The translations under genes and the position numbers were made by a program. This document shows positions 39,804 through 50,740 of a stretch of 64,000 bases of DNA, piece by piece (position 1 is the first letter of the stretch; each line of letters opens with the position of its first letter). The stretch is from an uncultured Nitrososphaeraceae archaeon (GTDB lineage Archaea > Thermoproteota > Nitrososphaeria > Nitrososphaerales > Nitrososphaeraceae), in the NCBI GenBank assembly GCA_963765895.1, contig CAVXZB010000019.1, positions 288,001 through 352,000 on the forward strand, in the 5' to 3' direction. The notes under the pieces are model-generated. The model did not search any database and was not told the DNA's origin. It saw only the letters and a program-made list of their open reading frames with translations.

Positions 39804-41486
39804 TCATTTGATGGCTAAAGGAACAGTAATAGCTCCGTTTGAAGCCGATTGAACCAAGGTAGAATATTTTGCAAGTGCCCCGGACCTATAACGCGGTCGT
39901 ATTGGTTTCCATGTTCTTTCTCTTTTCTTTATTTCACTTGAAGTTAATTGTATGCTTAACTTTCCCTTTCGAACATCTATTTCGATTATGTCGCCATTTT
40001 TTATAAAGGCAATTGGTCCACCTACAATAGCCTCGGGACTGACATGACCCACCATAAAGCCTCTTGTTGCTCCAGAAAAGCGGCCATCAGTAATCAATGC
40101 GACTTTTTCACCCAAGCTTTGTCCGACTACTGCAGCCGTTACGGCAAGCATTTCTCGCATACCGGGTCCCCCCTTAGGCCCCTCATATCTGATAACTATT
40201 ACATCACCTTCAACTATTCTTTGTTTCGCCAGGGCGTCAAAGGCAGCTTCTTCAGAATTAAAGACTTTTGCACTGCCGACAAATTTTGCTGTATTAATTC
40301 CGGCAATCTTTATCACCGCTCCCTCTGGCGCTAGGTTTCCCTTCAAAATTTTCAAAGTTCCCTGTTTGTGGATAGGATTTCCAATTGGCTTCACTACCCG
40401 CTGAGATTGAGTACTACTAAACTGGATCGAATTAATATTTTCCTTGATACTTTTACCGGTCACTGTAATTGTGTTGCCGTTTATCAATCCAGCTTTCAAA
40501 AGGCTATTCATCACAATTGGAATACCACCAATATCATCCAAATCTCGCATAACATATACACCGCCAGGTCTCAGGTCTGCAATATGCGGTACTTTGCGTC
40601 GTATTCTCTCGAAATCATCTAGCCTTAGCTTGATTCCGACCTCCCTTGACAATGCTAATAGATGCAATACGGAATTTGTTGATCCACCAATAGCGTTTAC
40701 GATTGCAATTGCATTCTCAAATGCATCAAAAGTCATAATATCCTTGGGTCTGATGTTACTTTCAATCAGGCTGTGAATTTGTCTGCCAGCGTCGTAACAT
40801 AACTTTGTCCTTTTATCACTTTCTGCTGGTGGAGATGAGCTGCCAGGGAACGAGATGCCAATAGCTTCTGCTACAGATGCCATCGTATTTGCCGTATACA
40901 TTCCGGCACAAGAACCTGCAGAGGGGCAAGCGACGTTTTCTAAACTGAGGAGTTCATCCGCTGTCATTTTTCCTGAATCGTACATACCTACTGCTTCATA
41001 GACATCTTGAATAGTAACTTGCTTACCATTCCAAGACCCTGGTAAAATTGTACCGCCGTATACAAAAATTGAGGGCAAATTTAACCTTGCCATAGCCATC
41101 ATCGTACCAGGTAGACTCTTATCACAGCCCGAAATTCCTACTATTCCATCATACTGGTGTGCACGCATCATGACCTCTATAGAGTCGGCAATAATTTCTC
41201 TGCTAACAAGAGATGCCCTCATACCCTCATGGCCCATAGCTATTCCATCTGAGACCGCGATTGTGGTAAATTCTCTAGGAGTACAGCCCCCGTCCTTTGC
41301 TCCCTCTTTAGCGACATGGGCTAACCGTCCCAGGTGAATGTTACACGGAGTGGCTTCATTACACGAAGAGCATACTGCAATAATCGGCCGAGCCAAGTCC
41401 TCTTCCATCAATCCCATGGCTTTGTACATTGCTCTCTGAGGCGCTCTTGAAGGACCTTCAAGAACTGTTCTACTGGGTAAATCCAA
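39804..41486 (-). CDS. ilvD: Dihydroxy-acid dehydratase
   Basis: [36 protein letters not shown]. Confidence 0.97.
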   Translation of the reverse strand: MDLPSRTVLEGPSRAPQRAMYKAMGLMEEDLARPIIAVCSSCNEATPCNIHLGRLAHVAKEGAKDGGCTPREFTTIAVSDGIAMGHEGMRASLVSREIIADSIEVMMRAHQYDGIVGISGCDKSLPGTMMAMARLNLPSIFVYGGTILPGSWNGKQVTIQDVYEAVGMYDSGKMTADELLSLENVACPSAGSCAGMYTANTMASVAEAIGISFPGSSSPPAESDKRTKLCYDAGRQIHSLIESNIRPKDIMTFDAFENAIAIVNAIGGSTNSVLHLLALSREVGIKLRLDDFERIRRKVPHIADLRPGGVYVMRDLDDIGGIPIVMNSLLKAGLINGNTITVTGKSIKENINSIQFSSTQSQRVVKPIGNPIHKQGTLKILKGNLAPEGAVIKIAGINTAKFVGSAKVFNSEEAAFDALAKQRIVEGDVIVIRYEGPKGGPGMREMLAVTAAVVGQSLGEKVALITDGRFSGATRGFMVGHVSPEAIVGGPIAFIKNGDIIEIDVRKGKLSIQLTSSEIKKRERTWKPIRPRYRSGALAKYSTLVQSASNGAITVPLAIK

Positions 41487-41552
41487 TTCGGATCCTATAT
41501 ATCTCTTATATATTTTAATATTCTTTTTGCTGATTTTTATTTTACCAGAATT

Positions 41553-41756
41553 TCATTCAAGCAAAGCAATGATCTTGATTGCATCAAGGCCTTCTAGCTT
41601 GAAGATGGTCTCGCACATCCCACATTCAGCATTCCCACTGGACATATCGTTTGCTGAAATTTCTTCATTCTGATAGTCGCATTTAGGGCATCGGAATGAA
41701 AAGGAAATAGCAAAATTATCAAGTTCTACTGTTTCAGTCATAGCATTTACTAGCAT
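41553..41756 (-). CDS. Small zinc-finger protein
   Basis: CPKC...CGMC. Confidence 0.6.
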   Translation of the reverse strand: MLVNAMTETVELDNFAISFSFRCPKCDYQNEEISANDMSSGNAECGMCETIFKLEGLDAIKIIALLE

Positions 41757-41982
41757 GAATATATTATATTTAAGATGTGCTGTGCGATCGCTACAGAACT
41801 CATCTACTATTTCTATAGCAATTACCTACATGTAAAGTGCCCTGGGTTGAGTATCAAATTCTATGCGAGCCTGTGTCTCTTACTAACCATTATGATATTA
41901 GCATTTTTACCTCTTAGTTTTAGGTGTCTATAGTTAATCTCTGAAATAAATATATAGTATACAAATGACTATCCGTAGAGTA

Positions 41983-42435
41983 ATGCATAAAACAACATCG
42001 TGCATTTTTTGTTCTATAATTCAGGGTCATGCACCAGGTGTATTTGTTTATACTGATAAAGAGTTTATTGCCCTGATGGACAAGTATCCAGTCAATTACG
42101 GACATACTCTCCTGGTACCCAAAATACACTACATAGATCTATTATCCATGCCTATAGATCTAATTGGTAGAATGTATTGTATGGCTGCGAATCTAGCGAA
42201 AGCAATAGTAATGTCAGTCAAGGCAGACGGTTTTAATCTCGGCCAGAATAACGGTCGCGCGGCAAATCAAATTGTGCCGCACGTTCACGTGCATATTATT
42301 CCCCGTTATAACTATGATAGTCCTAACGGAAACTGGCCGTCTAGAAAAGTTGCCTCTCTGGCAGACCTAAGTAAGATCGCTGAATCAATCACCAAATCTA
42401 TTGCCGAACCACTTTATTCTGGTTATCTTCAATAG
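41983..42435 (+). CDS. HIT family hydrolase
   Basis: CIFC, GHTLLVPK.H, Q.VPHVHVHIIPR. Confidence 0.93.
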   Translation: MHKTTSCIFCSIIQGHAPGVFVYTDKEFIALMDKYPVNYGHTLLVPKIHYIDLLSMPIDLIGRMYCMAANLAKAIVMSVKADGFNLGQNNGRAANQIVPHVHVHIIPRYNYDSPNGNWPSRKVASLADLSKIAESITKSIAEPLYSGYLQ

Positions 42436-42576
42436 TGGTCGGATAGTGTTTTTCGACAGACACCAAAGTTTGGGTTTCTTCGAAAATTCGGTCTGGGACT
42501 AGAAGTTCATTCATTGTCCACGTGTTGTTAAAAAAAACGAAGTAAATTCCTTTTAAACAGAGTATAAGCAAGGTCT

Positions 42577-42810
42577 ATGGTGGATTCAGTCCAGATAAAT
42601 AGAAGTTCCAAATATAATACAGTCGAGTCGGTTTATTCAATGATTCAAAAGCATAGCGGACAATTGACCGCGAAATTATTAGAGAAAGAATTTGGAAATA
42701 AATATGTAGTCCATTATGCAATCACACGCTTGACCAAAGAGGGCAAGATTAAAAGAGTCCGTGGATTCGGACCAAATCGAATCGAATTCTTTTATTTGGA
42801 TATTGCGTAA
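42577..42810 (+). CDS. Small probable winged-helix DNA-binding protein
   Basis: YAITRLTKEGKIKRV helix-wing pattern. Confidence 0.6.
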   Translation: MVDSVQINRSSKYNTVESVYSMIQKHSGQLTAKLLEKEFGNKYVVHYAITRLTKEGKIKRVRGFGPNRIEFFYLDIA

Positions 42811-42914
42811 ACTGCTGGCTTGTATTTTTGACACTCAACCTAATGATTTATCAGGAAGATAAATTGTCGGATCTGATACTAAAAAAATGGAGATAGTATT
42901 TAAAAGATAGGTTT

Positions 42915-43097
42915 CTAAAAGATCTCCTCATCCTTTCGTATTCCGCCCAATCCAGTCTTCACCTGGTTGGAACATTCGAGGCAGATGCTTTCTGAGAAGG
43001 GGAAGGTCTTTAAACAGTGTTTGCAAACTGGCCTCTTGCAATTAGGACAGATTAGCGTGTATTTTCTAAGATTACAGATATAGCAAAGGCTCATCAT
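42915..43097 (-). CDS. Small Cys-rich zinc-finger protein
   Basis: Four CxxC motifs in 60 aa. Confidence 0.6.
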   Translation of the reverse strand: MMSLCYICNLRKYTLICPNCKRPVCKHCLKTFPFSESICLECSNQVKTGLGGIRKDEEIF

Positions 43098-43176
43098 CGG
43101 TAGCTTTATGCAAAAATGACGTAAAAGTTTATCGAATCATATTTTACCAGTCAAAAATAAATCACATTATTTTCTC

Positions 43177-43356
43177 TTATTCTTCAAAGACTCTCAGATC
43201 AAGTTGTTTCTTAATTTTTTTTGTGTACTTGGTTAAATAAGATCTAGCCTCACTCTCCGTATCAAACCGTGCTTCACCCCTAAATGACCCGTTTTCATCG
43301 ATAAATGAAATTGCCGACCATATTCCATTTTTCCCCACCTTCTTTACAACGAACAT
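43177..43356 (-). CDS. 59-aa hypothetical protein
   Basis: MFVVKKVGKNGIWSAISFIDENGSFRGEARFDTESEARSYL...; protein-like composition, TTTTAATT upstream. Confidence 0.6.
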   Translation of the reverse strand: MFVVKKVGKNGIWSAISFIDENGSFRGEARFDTESEARSYLTKYTKKIKKQLDLRVFEE

Positions 43357-43514
43357 CTAATTAGGTATTGTAATGATTAAATTAAAAGATACTCCGACTA
43401 GCACAGGGCGAGGCGAAAGCTTGAATTAATTGTCACAGGGGAACGATACAGACGAGCTTAAACCAAATTCCAAGATAGGCAAAACATTGCGAGGTCGGTG
43501 TTAATTATAATGTG

Positions 43515-43904
43515 CTACTCTGTTACCAAATCCTTCAGTTGGGACATCTGAATGGGCTTTATTATGATCTTTATATCCTTGTCCTCGTAATAGTTATCAC
43601 GTTTCATTTCTCGTTTCACTTCATCAAAGGCCGTTAGGATAATGATTTTTGCCCCGGGATCTGAAACAAGGATATCTTTTGCGGCCTGAAGTCCGTTTTT
43701 AGCTCCAGGTAGCTTATAATCCATTATTAAATAATCTGGTCGGTAGGAATTGTAATCAAGGAGAATTTCCTCGGCGGTAGTGGCGGTGGCCATGACTTCG
43801 CATCCAGCCTTCCTGAGGTAATCTTTGTAAAGGATTAACAGGTCCTCTTCATCCTCGACAATCATCACCTTCCTCGAGTTCCGAACATTTTTAAAGGCTC
43901 TCAT
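43515..43904 (-). CDS. Stand-alone response regulator receiver
   Basis: VEDE, MDYKLPG..GL, LTA, KP. Confidence 0.92.
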   Translation of the reverse strand: MRAFKNVRNSRKVMIVEDEEDLLILYKDYLRKAGCEVMATATTAEEILLDYNSYRPDYLIMDYKLPGAKNGLQAAKDILVSDPGAKIIILTAFDEVKREMKRDNYYEDKDIKIIIKPIQMSQLKDLVTE

Positions 43905-43943
43905 ATTATAACTGGCCGTAATTTAACCAGGATGCTGCGATGC

Positions 43944-45224
43944 TTAAGCATTCTTGGCCCTGAATCTGAGTATCGCACCTATCTTGCCCAAACTCGCTAT
44001 TTGCATTCCCTCCTCAGATTTACCTGATATGACCTCAATCCTACTTCCAGTCATAGTGGTTAATTCCTCTAGATAGTCAACTATGTCTTGCTCGCTAGTT
44101 TCATAATCCAATCCTTGGCATGAGGGACATGCAGTTGAAATTAGTTCCTGCTTCTCTGCAAATACTTTACTTTTATCTATGAATTTTTCGCTAATATATC
44201 CACATTTTTTACATCTAGATGTTATTCTGACGGTGGAGACATCATCGGTAACAATAACCAAGTCTACGGCACCACTTTGCAATGCCTTTATAATATCCGT
44301 GAGACCGTATATTCCTAGTCCACTTTCTGAATGGACCTCACTCATAAATCTCTTTACTAGTTTCTTTTCTTCCATGAGCCTATATTCAGACATGATTCCT
44401 TGATCATTTATTTTGTCGACGATCTCTCTCACACCCTCCTCGCCAGAATACGAAGTATCTAAAGTTGAAACAACGCTATTTTGTAGTCTGTAATCCAAAT
44501 ACTCTTCTCTCAAAAAAGTCTCCTTTGTGGGGCCTGGTCCTCCGATAATGATCCCCTTTACCTTATATTGTTCTACAAAGATAGTTTGTGCCCGGTGTGC
44601 AACACGATGGTAATACTCGTTAAGTTCATTGTCTCTCAGCCGTTCAAATCTTCTGGCGGATTGTCCCCCCTGTCTATGCTTACCAGCCACTCCTGAAGTG
44701 AGCTCATCAATAGTTTCCCATCGATCACCGGTTAGCACACCCAGTCCTGCTTCCTGAGTATCCAAAGCTAATATAGCAATAACTCGATCATCTTTTAGCA
44801 TGTCTTTTATATGTTCGATCCAAAAATGATCATCACATCGATACAGCTGGATCTGTACCGGCTTAGGGGGGATAACAGGAAAGATTTCAATTTTTTCGGT
44901 ACCTAAACCTTTGCCAGTGGAAAGTGCACCGCAAAATATAACAAGGCCATTCTCTGGCGTAGTCTTGTATAGTTTTAAGTACTCAATCGTTCTGCTAAGT
45001 GCATCCTGAACATGCGTTCTTGTGAGGTCAGATTTAATATTGGATGCAGTTCCAGCCTCATCTCGAAGTTGGGAAATTACATCAAAGATAGGGCGTCGCG
45101 GAGGAATATAGACTGTGACAAGCTCAGTGCCATGACCGCTAATCTTCGATAGCTCGTTCAACATTTTTTTTAGCTTGTACCTCTTTACAGAGTCCCACTT
45201 CGTCTGTGTAGCCTCCTTACTCAT
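43944..45224 (-). CDS. prf1: Peptide chain release factor aRF1
   Basis: TASNIKS, YRCD, GGQS, Zn ribbon, GAILRF. Confidence 0.97.
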   Translation of the reverse strand: MSKEATQTKWDSVKRYKLKKMLNELSKISGHGTELVTVYIPPRRPIFDVISQLRDEAGTASNIKSDLTRTHVQDALSRTIEYLKLYKTTPENGLVIFCGALSTGKGLGTEKIEIFPVIPPKPVQIQLYRCDDHFWIEHIKDMLKDDRVIAILALDTQEAGLGVLTGDRWETIDELTSGVAGKHRQGGQSARRFERLRDNELNEYYHRVAHRAQTIFVEQYKVKGIIIGGPGPTKETFLREEYLDYRLQNSVVSTLDTSYSGEEGVREIVDKINDQGIMSEYRLMEEKKLVKRFMSEVHSESGLGIYGLTDIIKALQSGAVDLVIVTDDVSTVRITSRCKKCGYISEKFIDKSKVFAEKQELISTACPSCQGLDYETSEQDIVDYLEELTTMTGSRIEVISGKSEEGMQIASLGKIGAILRFRAKNA

Positions 45225-45349
45225 AAATTATCTTGACACAAAAATTCTGCACGTAAGCAATATAAGGCTATCAAGCTAAGTTTCTGTAATTTTGTTATTT
45301 GATTTGCCAGGTTTATAAGGTAATACATCTCATAAACGATCATCAGCCG

Positions 45350-45904
45350 ATGCTTCCTAGACTAGAATATATCAAGCAACTTCGTACAAAGCTGGGAATA
45401 ACACAACGGAAGTTGGCGACTCAAGTTGGGATCAGCGCATCGATGATCAATCAGATCGAAACTGGAAGGTGTAAACCTAGTTATGAGACCGCCAAAAAGA
45501 TTTTTGAATTCCTAAACTCCCTGGAGGGAAAATCATCTATGAAAGCGGCGGATATATGTAGCAGGATTTTAGTTTCAGTTCAGAAAATTGAATCTATACA
45601 TGACGCGATTAGTAAGATGAGGAGTCATTCTATAAGTCAGCTCCCAGTCTTTGAAGACGGGGTAGTCGTAGGGATATTAAGTGAAGATAGACTTGCAAAA
45701 ACCATTGCGGAAAGTAATAATAAAAACCTTAGCGATATGTCAATCGCGTCTGTTATGGAACCCCAGCCACCAATAGTTGATGTATCTACGCCAGCTAAAG
45801 CCTTAATTCCTTTGGTTAGATTTTCCAAGTGTGTCTTAGTAAGTGAGACTGGGAACGTAATCGGGGTAATCACCTTAACGGACACGCTAAAAATGGTCGA
45901 GTGA
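45350..45904 (+). CDS. XRE-HTH plus CBS-pair transcriptional regulator
   Basis: LGITQRKLA, INQIETG.CKPSY, ISQLPV. Confidence 0.9.
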   Translation: MLPRLEYIKQLRTKLGITQRKLATQVGISASMINQIETGRCKPSYETAKKIFEFLNSLEGKSSMKAADICSRILVSVQKIESIHDAISKMRSHSISQLPVFEDGVVVGILSEDRLAKTIAESNNKNLSDMSIASVMEPQPPIVDVSTPAKALIPLVRFSKCVLVSETGNVIGVITLTDTLKMVE

Positions 45905-45905
45905 A

Positions 45906-46062
45906 TTATTCTTTGATGTCCTCTAATCCAATGCAGCAGTCTGCGCACTTGAGGCATTCCGTGCATAAATTCACCGGATAAGCTTGGCTGCAAAATTAGA
46001 CCACATAAGGCGCATTTCTTTTCAGGGACTGCCTCTATTAAGCCGTGATTATCCATATGCAC
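45906..46062 (-). CDS. Cys-rich mini-protein (+1 frameshift near 45970)
   Basis: KCALCG in the first frame; LCTECLKCADCCIGLEDIKE-stop in the shifted frame, ending just before the convergent gene. Confidence 0.45.
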
Positions 46063-46164
46063 CTATTCTGCTTCGACATTATATAATTTATACCGACACA
46101 TCCGTATTTCGATGGACATTCTAAAAGAGTCGAACTAAAGATACTCTACAAAATACAACTTATC

Positions 46165-46563
46165 TTAATGGGCTATGGCTTCACACATTTCTATCAAGAC
46201 ACCGTTCATTGATTTCGGGTGAAAAAATGTGATCTTTCTATCATAGGAACCCTTCCGAACATCACCAAGCATTCTAAGTCCGTTAGAGCATGCTTTTGAA
46301 ATATCCTCTTCTATGTTATCTGCAGTGATGGCAATATGATGAAGCCCTTCTCCATTCTGATTAAGGAATTTATTTATAGGACTATCTTCGGCAGTAGGCT
46401 CCATCAATTCAATTTTGGTATCTTCCAAATTCAAGATAGCAACCTTTACCTTTTCATTTACAACATTTTCGATGTGTACCTTGTTTACTCTAATCAATTT
46501 TTCGTAGTTCTTCAACGCCTGATCTACATTGTTTACTGCTATTGCAACATGATCAATTCTCAT
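46165..46563 (-). CDS. mce: Methylmalonyl-CoA epimerase
   Basis: IDHVAIAV, IELMEP, GEGLHHIA, FFHPK..NGVLIE. Confidence 0.92.
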   Translation of the reverse strand: MRIDHVAIAVNNVDQALKNYEKLIRVNKVHIENVVNEKVKVAILNLEDTKIELMEPTAEDSPINKFLNQNGEGLHHIAITADNIEEDISKACSNGLRMLGDVRKGSYDRKITFFHPKSMNGVLIEMCEAIAH

Positions 46564-46909
46564 AATGCAATACAAGAATTGTGCTCCTTATTATTAAGCT
46601 ACCATAAGCAAGATAGTTGGCCTCAGATCTTTGATGGGAGCCTGCTCATTTACCAGTGAAGAGTATATAAGCCTCCTATATTGAACGTAAGTTGAATGAA
46701 CCGATCAGATCGAAGAACTCATGCTTACAGCTCTAAACGCTATGGTAGCAAGAAATTTGCCAAGGCAGATAGACGGAGTCGAAATAAGATATAGCTAACT
46801 TCGGTCTTTTCAGAATTTAGTTTCTTTAATCATCTTTACCTTAATCCGTGCAAAAGTATGTGTGGGGTGTAATTATCAACCAACTTAATCGAAGGGACAT
46901 TCGAAATAT

Positions 46910-48493
46910 CTAGAAGGATATTCGTGGCTGATAAGTACCAAACACTTGCTTGAACGAATTGTTGATTTCTCCTAAAGTTATGTGACTTTTAATGGCGTTT
47001 ACGATATGTGGCATCAGATTGTCCTGTCCCTCAGCAACTACTATAAGCTTATTCAAGACTGCATCGACTTTCGATCTATCTCGAGTGTTCTTGAAGTCCT
47101 TTAGTCTCTTCACTTGGCGGTCTTCAATTGCTGGATCCACGACGTTCAATTTTGGTTCAGCATTGGAAGAGTCTTGGAATTTATTCACACCTACAATTAC
47201 ACGTTCATGTCGGTCGATTTCTTCCTTGAGAAGATACGCGTTAGTTCGAATTTCATCTTGAAAGAACCCCTTCTCTACAGCAGCTAATGCTCCTCCCATC
47301 CTTTCAATTCTTTTCAAATAATGCTCTACTCTATCCTCGATCTCAACAGTTAGATTTTCCACATAGTACGAGCCTCCTATAGGATCCACAGTTTTGGTAA
47401 CTCCTGTTTCGGATGCTATTATCTGCTGTGTCCTAAGAGCTATCTTAACTGCCTCTTCAGTGGGGAGAGCCAGAGCTTCATCTTTAGAATTTGTATGAAG
47501 AGACTGGCAGCCTCCTAGAACTGCGGCCAGTGCTTGAGTAGTAACTCTAATTATGTTATTGTCCACCTGCTGAGCAGTTAGAGACTCTCCACTAGTTTGG
47601 ACGTGAAACCTAAGATGGAGAGATTTCTCGTCCTCGGCATGGAATCGCTCTTTCATTATTCTGGAATATATTCGTCTAGCAGCTCTGAATTTAGCAATTT
47701 CTTCGAAAAATTCCATAGTACAACAGAAAAAAAATGAGAGCCTTGGGGCAAACTGATCAACTCTTAGTCCTCTCTCAATACAAGTATCGATATATTCGAT
47801 GGCATTTGCAAATGTAAATGCTAATTCCTGTACTGCATTCGCACCGGCTTCCCTCATGTGATACCCGGATATACTAATTGGATACCAAAGCGGCACGTGT
47901 TGAGAGCAATATTGTATCATATCTCCTATCAATCTAATCGACGGCTTGGGCGGATAGATATACGTGTTTCTAGCTATGTATTCTTTGAGGATATCATTTT
48001 GAGTTGTTCCTCTTAATTGATTAGGGGAAATGCCTTGAGATTCTCCAACCACCAAATACAAAGAGAGGAGAGTAGAGGCGGTAGAGTTTATTGTCATTGA
48101 AGTGCTTACCCTATCAAGAGGTATGGAGTTAAAGCAGGTCATCATGTCGTCGATGGAGCTAATGGCCACTCCAGTTCGACCAACCTCACCTTCAGCAGCA
48201 GAATCATCAGAATCACGGCCAGTCTGTGTTGGGAGATCAAATGCCAAAGACAGACCTGTTTGGCCGTGATCCAACAAAAATCTAAATCTTTCATTTGTCT
48301 CCTCTGCACTGCCGAACCCGCTGTACTGACGCATCGTCCAGAGTCTTTCTCTATACATCTTTGGGTAAATGCCTCTAGAGAAATACAAAGTACCAGCCTC
48401 TTTATCATTGATTTTGTCTGCAGGAATATCTTCTTTTTTATATACCCCCTTAACAGGTATTCCCGAATCCGTCTTGACAGTCTTCGTGCTCAT
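46910..48493 (-). CDS. Methylmalonyl-CoA mutase, large subunit
   Basis: WTMRQYSGF, GLSLAFDLPTQ, QNDILKEY, SISGYH, LHTNS.DEALALP. Confidence 0.96.
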   Translation of the reverse strand: MSTKTVKTDSGIPVKGVYKKEDIPADKINDKEAGTLYFSRGIYPKMYRERLWTMRQYSGFGSAEETNERFRFLLDHGQTGLSLAFDLPTQTGRDSDDSAAEGEVGRTGVAISSIDDMMTCFNSIPLDRVSTSMTINSTASTLLSLYLVVGESQGISPNQLRGTTQNDILKEYIARNTYIYPPKPSIRLIGDMIQYCSQHVPLWYPISISGYHMREAGANAVQELAFTFANAIEYIDTCIERGLRVDQFAPRLSFFFCCTMEFFEEIAKFRAARRIYSRIMKERFHAEDEKSLHLRFHVQTSGESLTAQQVDNNIIRVTTQALAAVLGGCQSLHTNSKDEALALPTEEAVKIALRTQQIIASETGVTKTVDPIGGSYYVENLTVEIEDRVEHYLKRIERMGGALAAVEKGFFQDEIRTNAYLLKEEIDRHERVIVGVNKFQDSSNAEPKLNVVDPAIEDRQVKRLKDFKNTRDRSKVDAVLNKLIVVAEGQDNLMPHIVNAIKSHITLGEINNSFKQVFGTYQPRISF

Positions 48494-49429
48494 CTAACTT
48501 CTCAGGACCTCCGTGAGGCTATCCGCCAATAACTCGGCGGCGTGATACGGATCGATCCTTTTGTTAACAAGTTCGTCAACTAAGTGATTGTACATATCAT
48601 TCTTGTCCATTAACATCGTATAAAATTTTTGAGTGAGTTTATCAACAACCATATCCTTGAGTTCAGACTCCAGCATTACCTTTTCTTTTACTTTGTAATT
48701 AATATTTTTTGAGCTTAAGATGTTTGTTATTGTAAGGGCAAGCTCTTTGATCCCTTCTCCCGATCTGACTGACGTCTTAACAATCGTGGGCTTCCTGCCA
48801 GTGTCACCAACTAATTCCAGAATTGAGTTGAATAGGGTCGTAGAGCCTTCTAAATCAGATTTGTTAATTACGTACAAGTCTCCGATTTCGTTAAGCCCAG
48901 CTTTAATTGCTTGAATCTTGTCGCCTGTTTGTGGACTGAGAACCACCACTGTTAAATTGACGACTTTTGCTATATCAACTTCTACCTGCCCTGCACCTAC
49001 GCTTTCTACCAACACTAGTCCAAAGCCAGCCGCATCCAAGACTCTAATGACGTTTCTAAGTGACTTTGAGATTCCTCCTGAAGCCCCTCGAGAAGCCAAG
49101 CTTCTCATAAAAACATTCTCGTCGTCAGAGATACCCTGCATCCTAACTCTATCTCCCAAAATGGCTCCTCCAGTCACAGGACTAGTAGGATCAACTGCAA
49201 GCACCGCCGTTTTATAACCTAGTTGCTGAAAATGAGATATTAATTTTCCTATCAGAGAGCTCTTTCCAGCCCCTGCAGCACCAGTAAATCCGATCGTCCT
49301 TGCACCCCTTGTCATATTGAAAATTGCTTTGATCAAATCATGTGCTTCCGGTTCATCATTGTCTATTATCGAGATTGCCTTAGCCAATGATCGTGGATCG
49401 GATTTGACAATTCCTTCTGCTAAATACAA
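48494..49429 (-). CDS. meaB: Methylmalonyl-CoA mutase-associated GTPase
   Basis: GAAGAGKSS, VDPTSP..GGAILGDRVRM, ESVGAGQ, NKSD; TTG start at 49429 inferred. Confidence 0.93.
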   Translation of the reverse strand: MYLAEGIVKSDPRSLAKAISIIDNDEPEAHDLIKAIFNMTRGARTIGFTGAAGAGKSSLIGKLISHFQQLGYKTAVLAVDPTSPVTGGAILGDRVRMQGISDDENVFMRSLASRGASGGISKSLRNVIRVLDAAGFGLVLVESVGAGQVEVDIAKVVNLTVVVLSPQTGDKIQAIKAGLNEIGDLYVINKSDLEGSTTLFNSILELVGDTGRKPTIVKTSVRSGEGIKELALTITNILSSKNINYKVKEKVMLESELKDMVVDKLTQKFYTMLMDKNDMYNHLVDELVNKRIDPYHAAELLADSLTEVLRS

Positions 49430-49557
49430 TACAGCATATGCATAAATGAAGATTCTAAATACCTTCTGCTGTATGTACGCATGCAACTATCTAAGGATTC
49501 GATGTCTGAATCCCATCATGTTTAAATCTAATATACGTAATATCACTAATTCATACG

Positions 49558-49983
49558 ATGTTATCAGGACAGCAGAGCCAAAAACCCATTAGAGTTCTTG
49601 TGTCCAAGCTTGGACTTGACGGGCATGACAGGGGAGCACTTGTTATTTGTAGAGCGCTCAGGGATGCTGGCATGGAAGTCATTTATTCTGGCTTATTTTG
49701 TACTCCTAACCAAGTGGCAAAAATAGCAGTCGAAGAGGACGTTGATGCAGTAGCAATGAGTTTGCTAAACGGCGCCCATTTGGTACTTTTCTCAAGGGTA
49801 GCTCGTCTTCTTAGGGAAAAAGGCGCCGATGATATACTGCTTGTGGGCGGAGGTATAATTCCAGAAAAAGATAGAAAACTGCTGGAGAAGGAGGGAGTAA
49901 TGGGAAACTTTGGTCCTGGTACTCCGCTGGCGGACATTATAAACTATATATCCGAAAATGTCGTAAGACGCAGGATCAGATAA
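49558..49983 (+). CDS. Methylmalonyl-CoA mutase, B12-binding small subunit
   Basis: GLDGHDRG, GGGIIP, FGPGT. Confidence 0.95.
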   Translation: MLSGQQSQKPIRVLVSKLGLDGHDRGALVICRALRDAGMEVIYSGLFCTPNQVAKIAVEEDVDAVAMSLLNGAHLVLFSRVARLLREKGADDILLVGGGIIPEKDRKLLEKEGVMGNFGPGTPLADIINYISENVVRRRIR

Positions 49984-50185
49984 AGTTTGACCTGTTTGTG
50001 GACCCCTTGCATTCTAAAGATCGAATTATTGGGTCTGCACGGATTGGGGCTTAACGTACAAATAAGTTTTTTAGAATCATAATATATGTGCGATGATATG
50101 GAATTCTTAGATCTGTGAAGTCTCTATTTTTATTAACGAAAGGCTGCAAAATTCTCGGTTGATAATTTGACTAAGTGTACATCGA

Positions 50186-50734
50186 TCACCTTACATTTGG
50201 ATACCTCTTTGGTCTCACTGGATTTTCTACTTTACTAAGAGTCTGGATTCGTCTTATGCCATCAACGTTTTCCATAAGTAGCGCAACACTGGAAGGAACC
50301 AAATGATTCCATGGCTTCTCGCGAGCAATTAGGTTTCTAATATTAGTACCATTATAGGTTCGTTTTTTCGTAAAGTTTGGTGTCTGAACAGGGACACGAG
50401 TTCCAACTAAACACTTCACGAACTCGTTCCCAGAATACAAAACATGAAATTCGGGAATGAGAGTGGTGAGACGGGTATACCACATTGCATTATTTTCGTC
50501 GTTAATGACAGGAATGATGTAGACTCGTTCAGCTGAAATTTTTGACTCCAAAAGAGCACTATGAATCATTAATATCCTCTCGCTGGCGGTGAACGGATCG
50601 GTATACAGGTAGTTGAATTGAGCGCTTCCCACCACTATTATCAGTTCTTGACATTCTTTCATGATTGAGTCTACGAGGCTAAGATGGCCTTTGTGAAAAG
50701 GCTGAAATCTCCCAACAACTAATCCTCGTCTCAA
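50186..50734 (-). CDS. Nicotinamide-nucleotide adenylyltransferase
   Basis: GRFQPFHKGH, GSAQ, PFTASER, GTNIR. Confidence 0.92.
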   Translation of the reverse strand: MRRGLVVGRFQPFHKGHLSLVDSIMKECQELIIVVGSAQFNYLYTDPFTASERILMIHSALLESKISAERVYIIPVINDENNAMWYTRLTTLIPEFHVLYSGNEFVKCLVGTRVPVQTPNFTKKRTYNGTNIRNLIAREKPWNHLVPSSVALLMENVDGIRRIQTLSKVENPVRPKRYPNVR

Positions 50735-50740
50735 TGGTTC

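Noticed and set aside
45637-45905. C-terminal part of the 141-aa minus ORF 45637-46062
   Set aside because: Antisense to the HTH-CBS gene; explained by a +1 shift bypassing the stop at 45906.
46165-49983. Methylmalonyl-CoA mutase/epimerase/MeaB cluster as a novelty
   Set aside because: Expected part of the thaumarchaeal 3-hydroxypropionate/4-hydroxybutyrate cycle.
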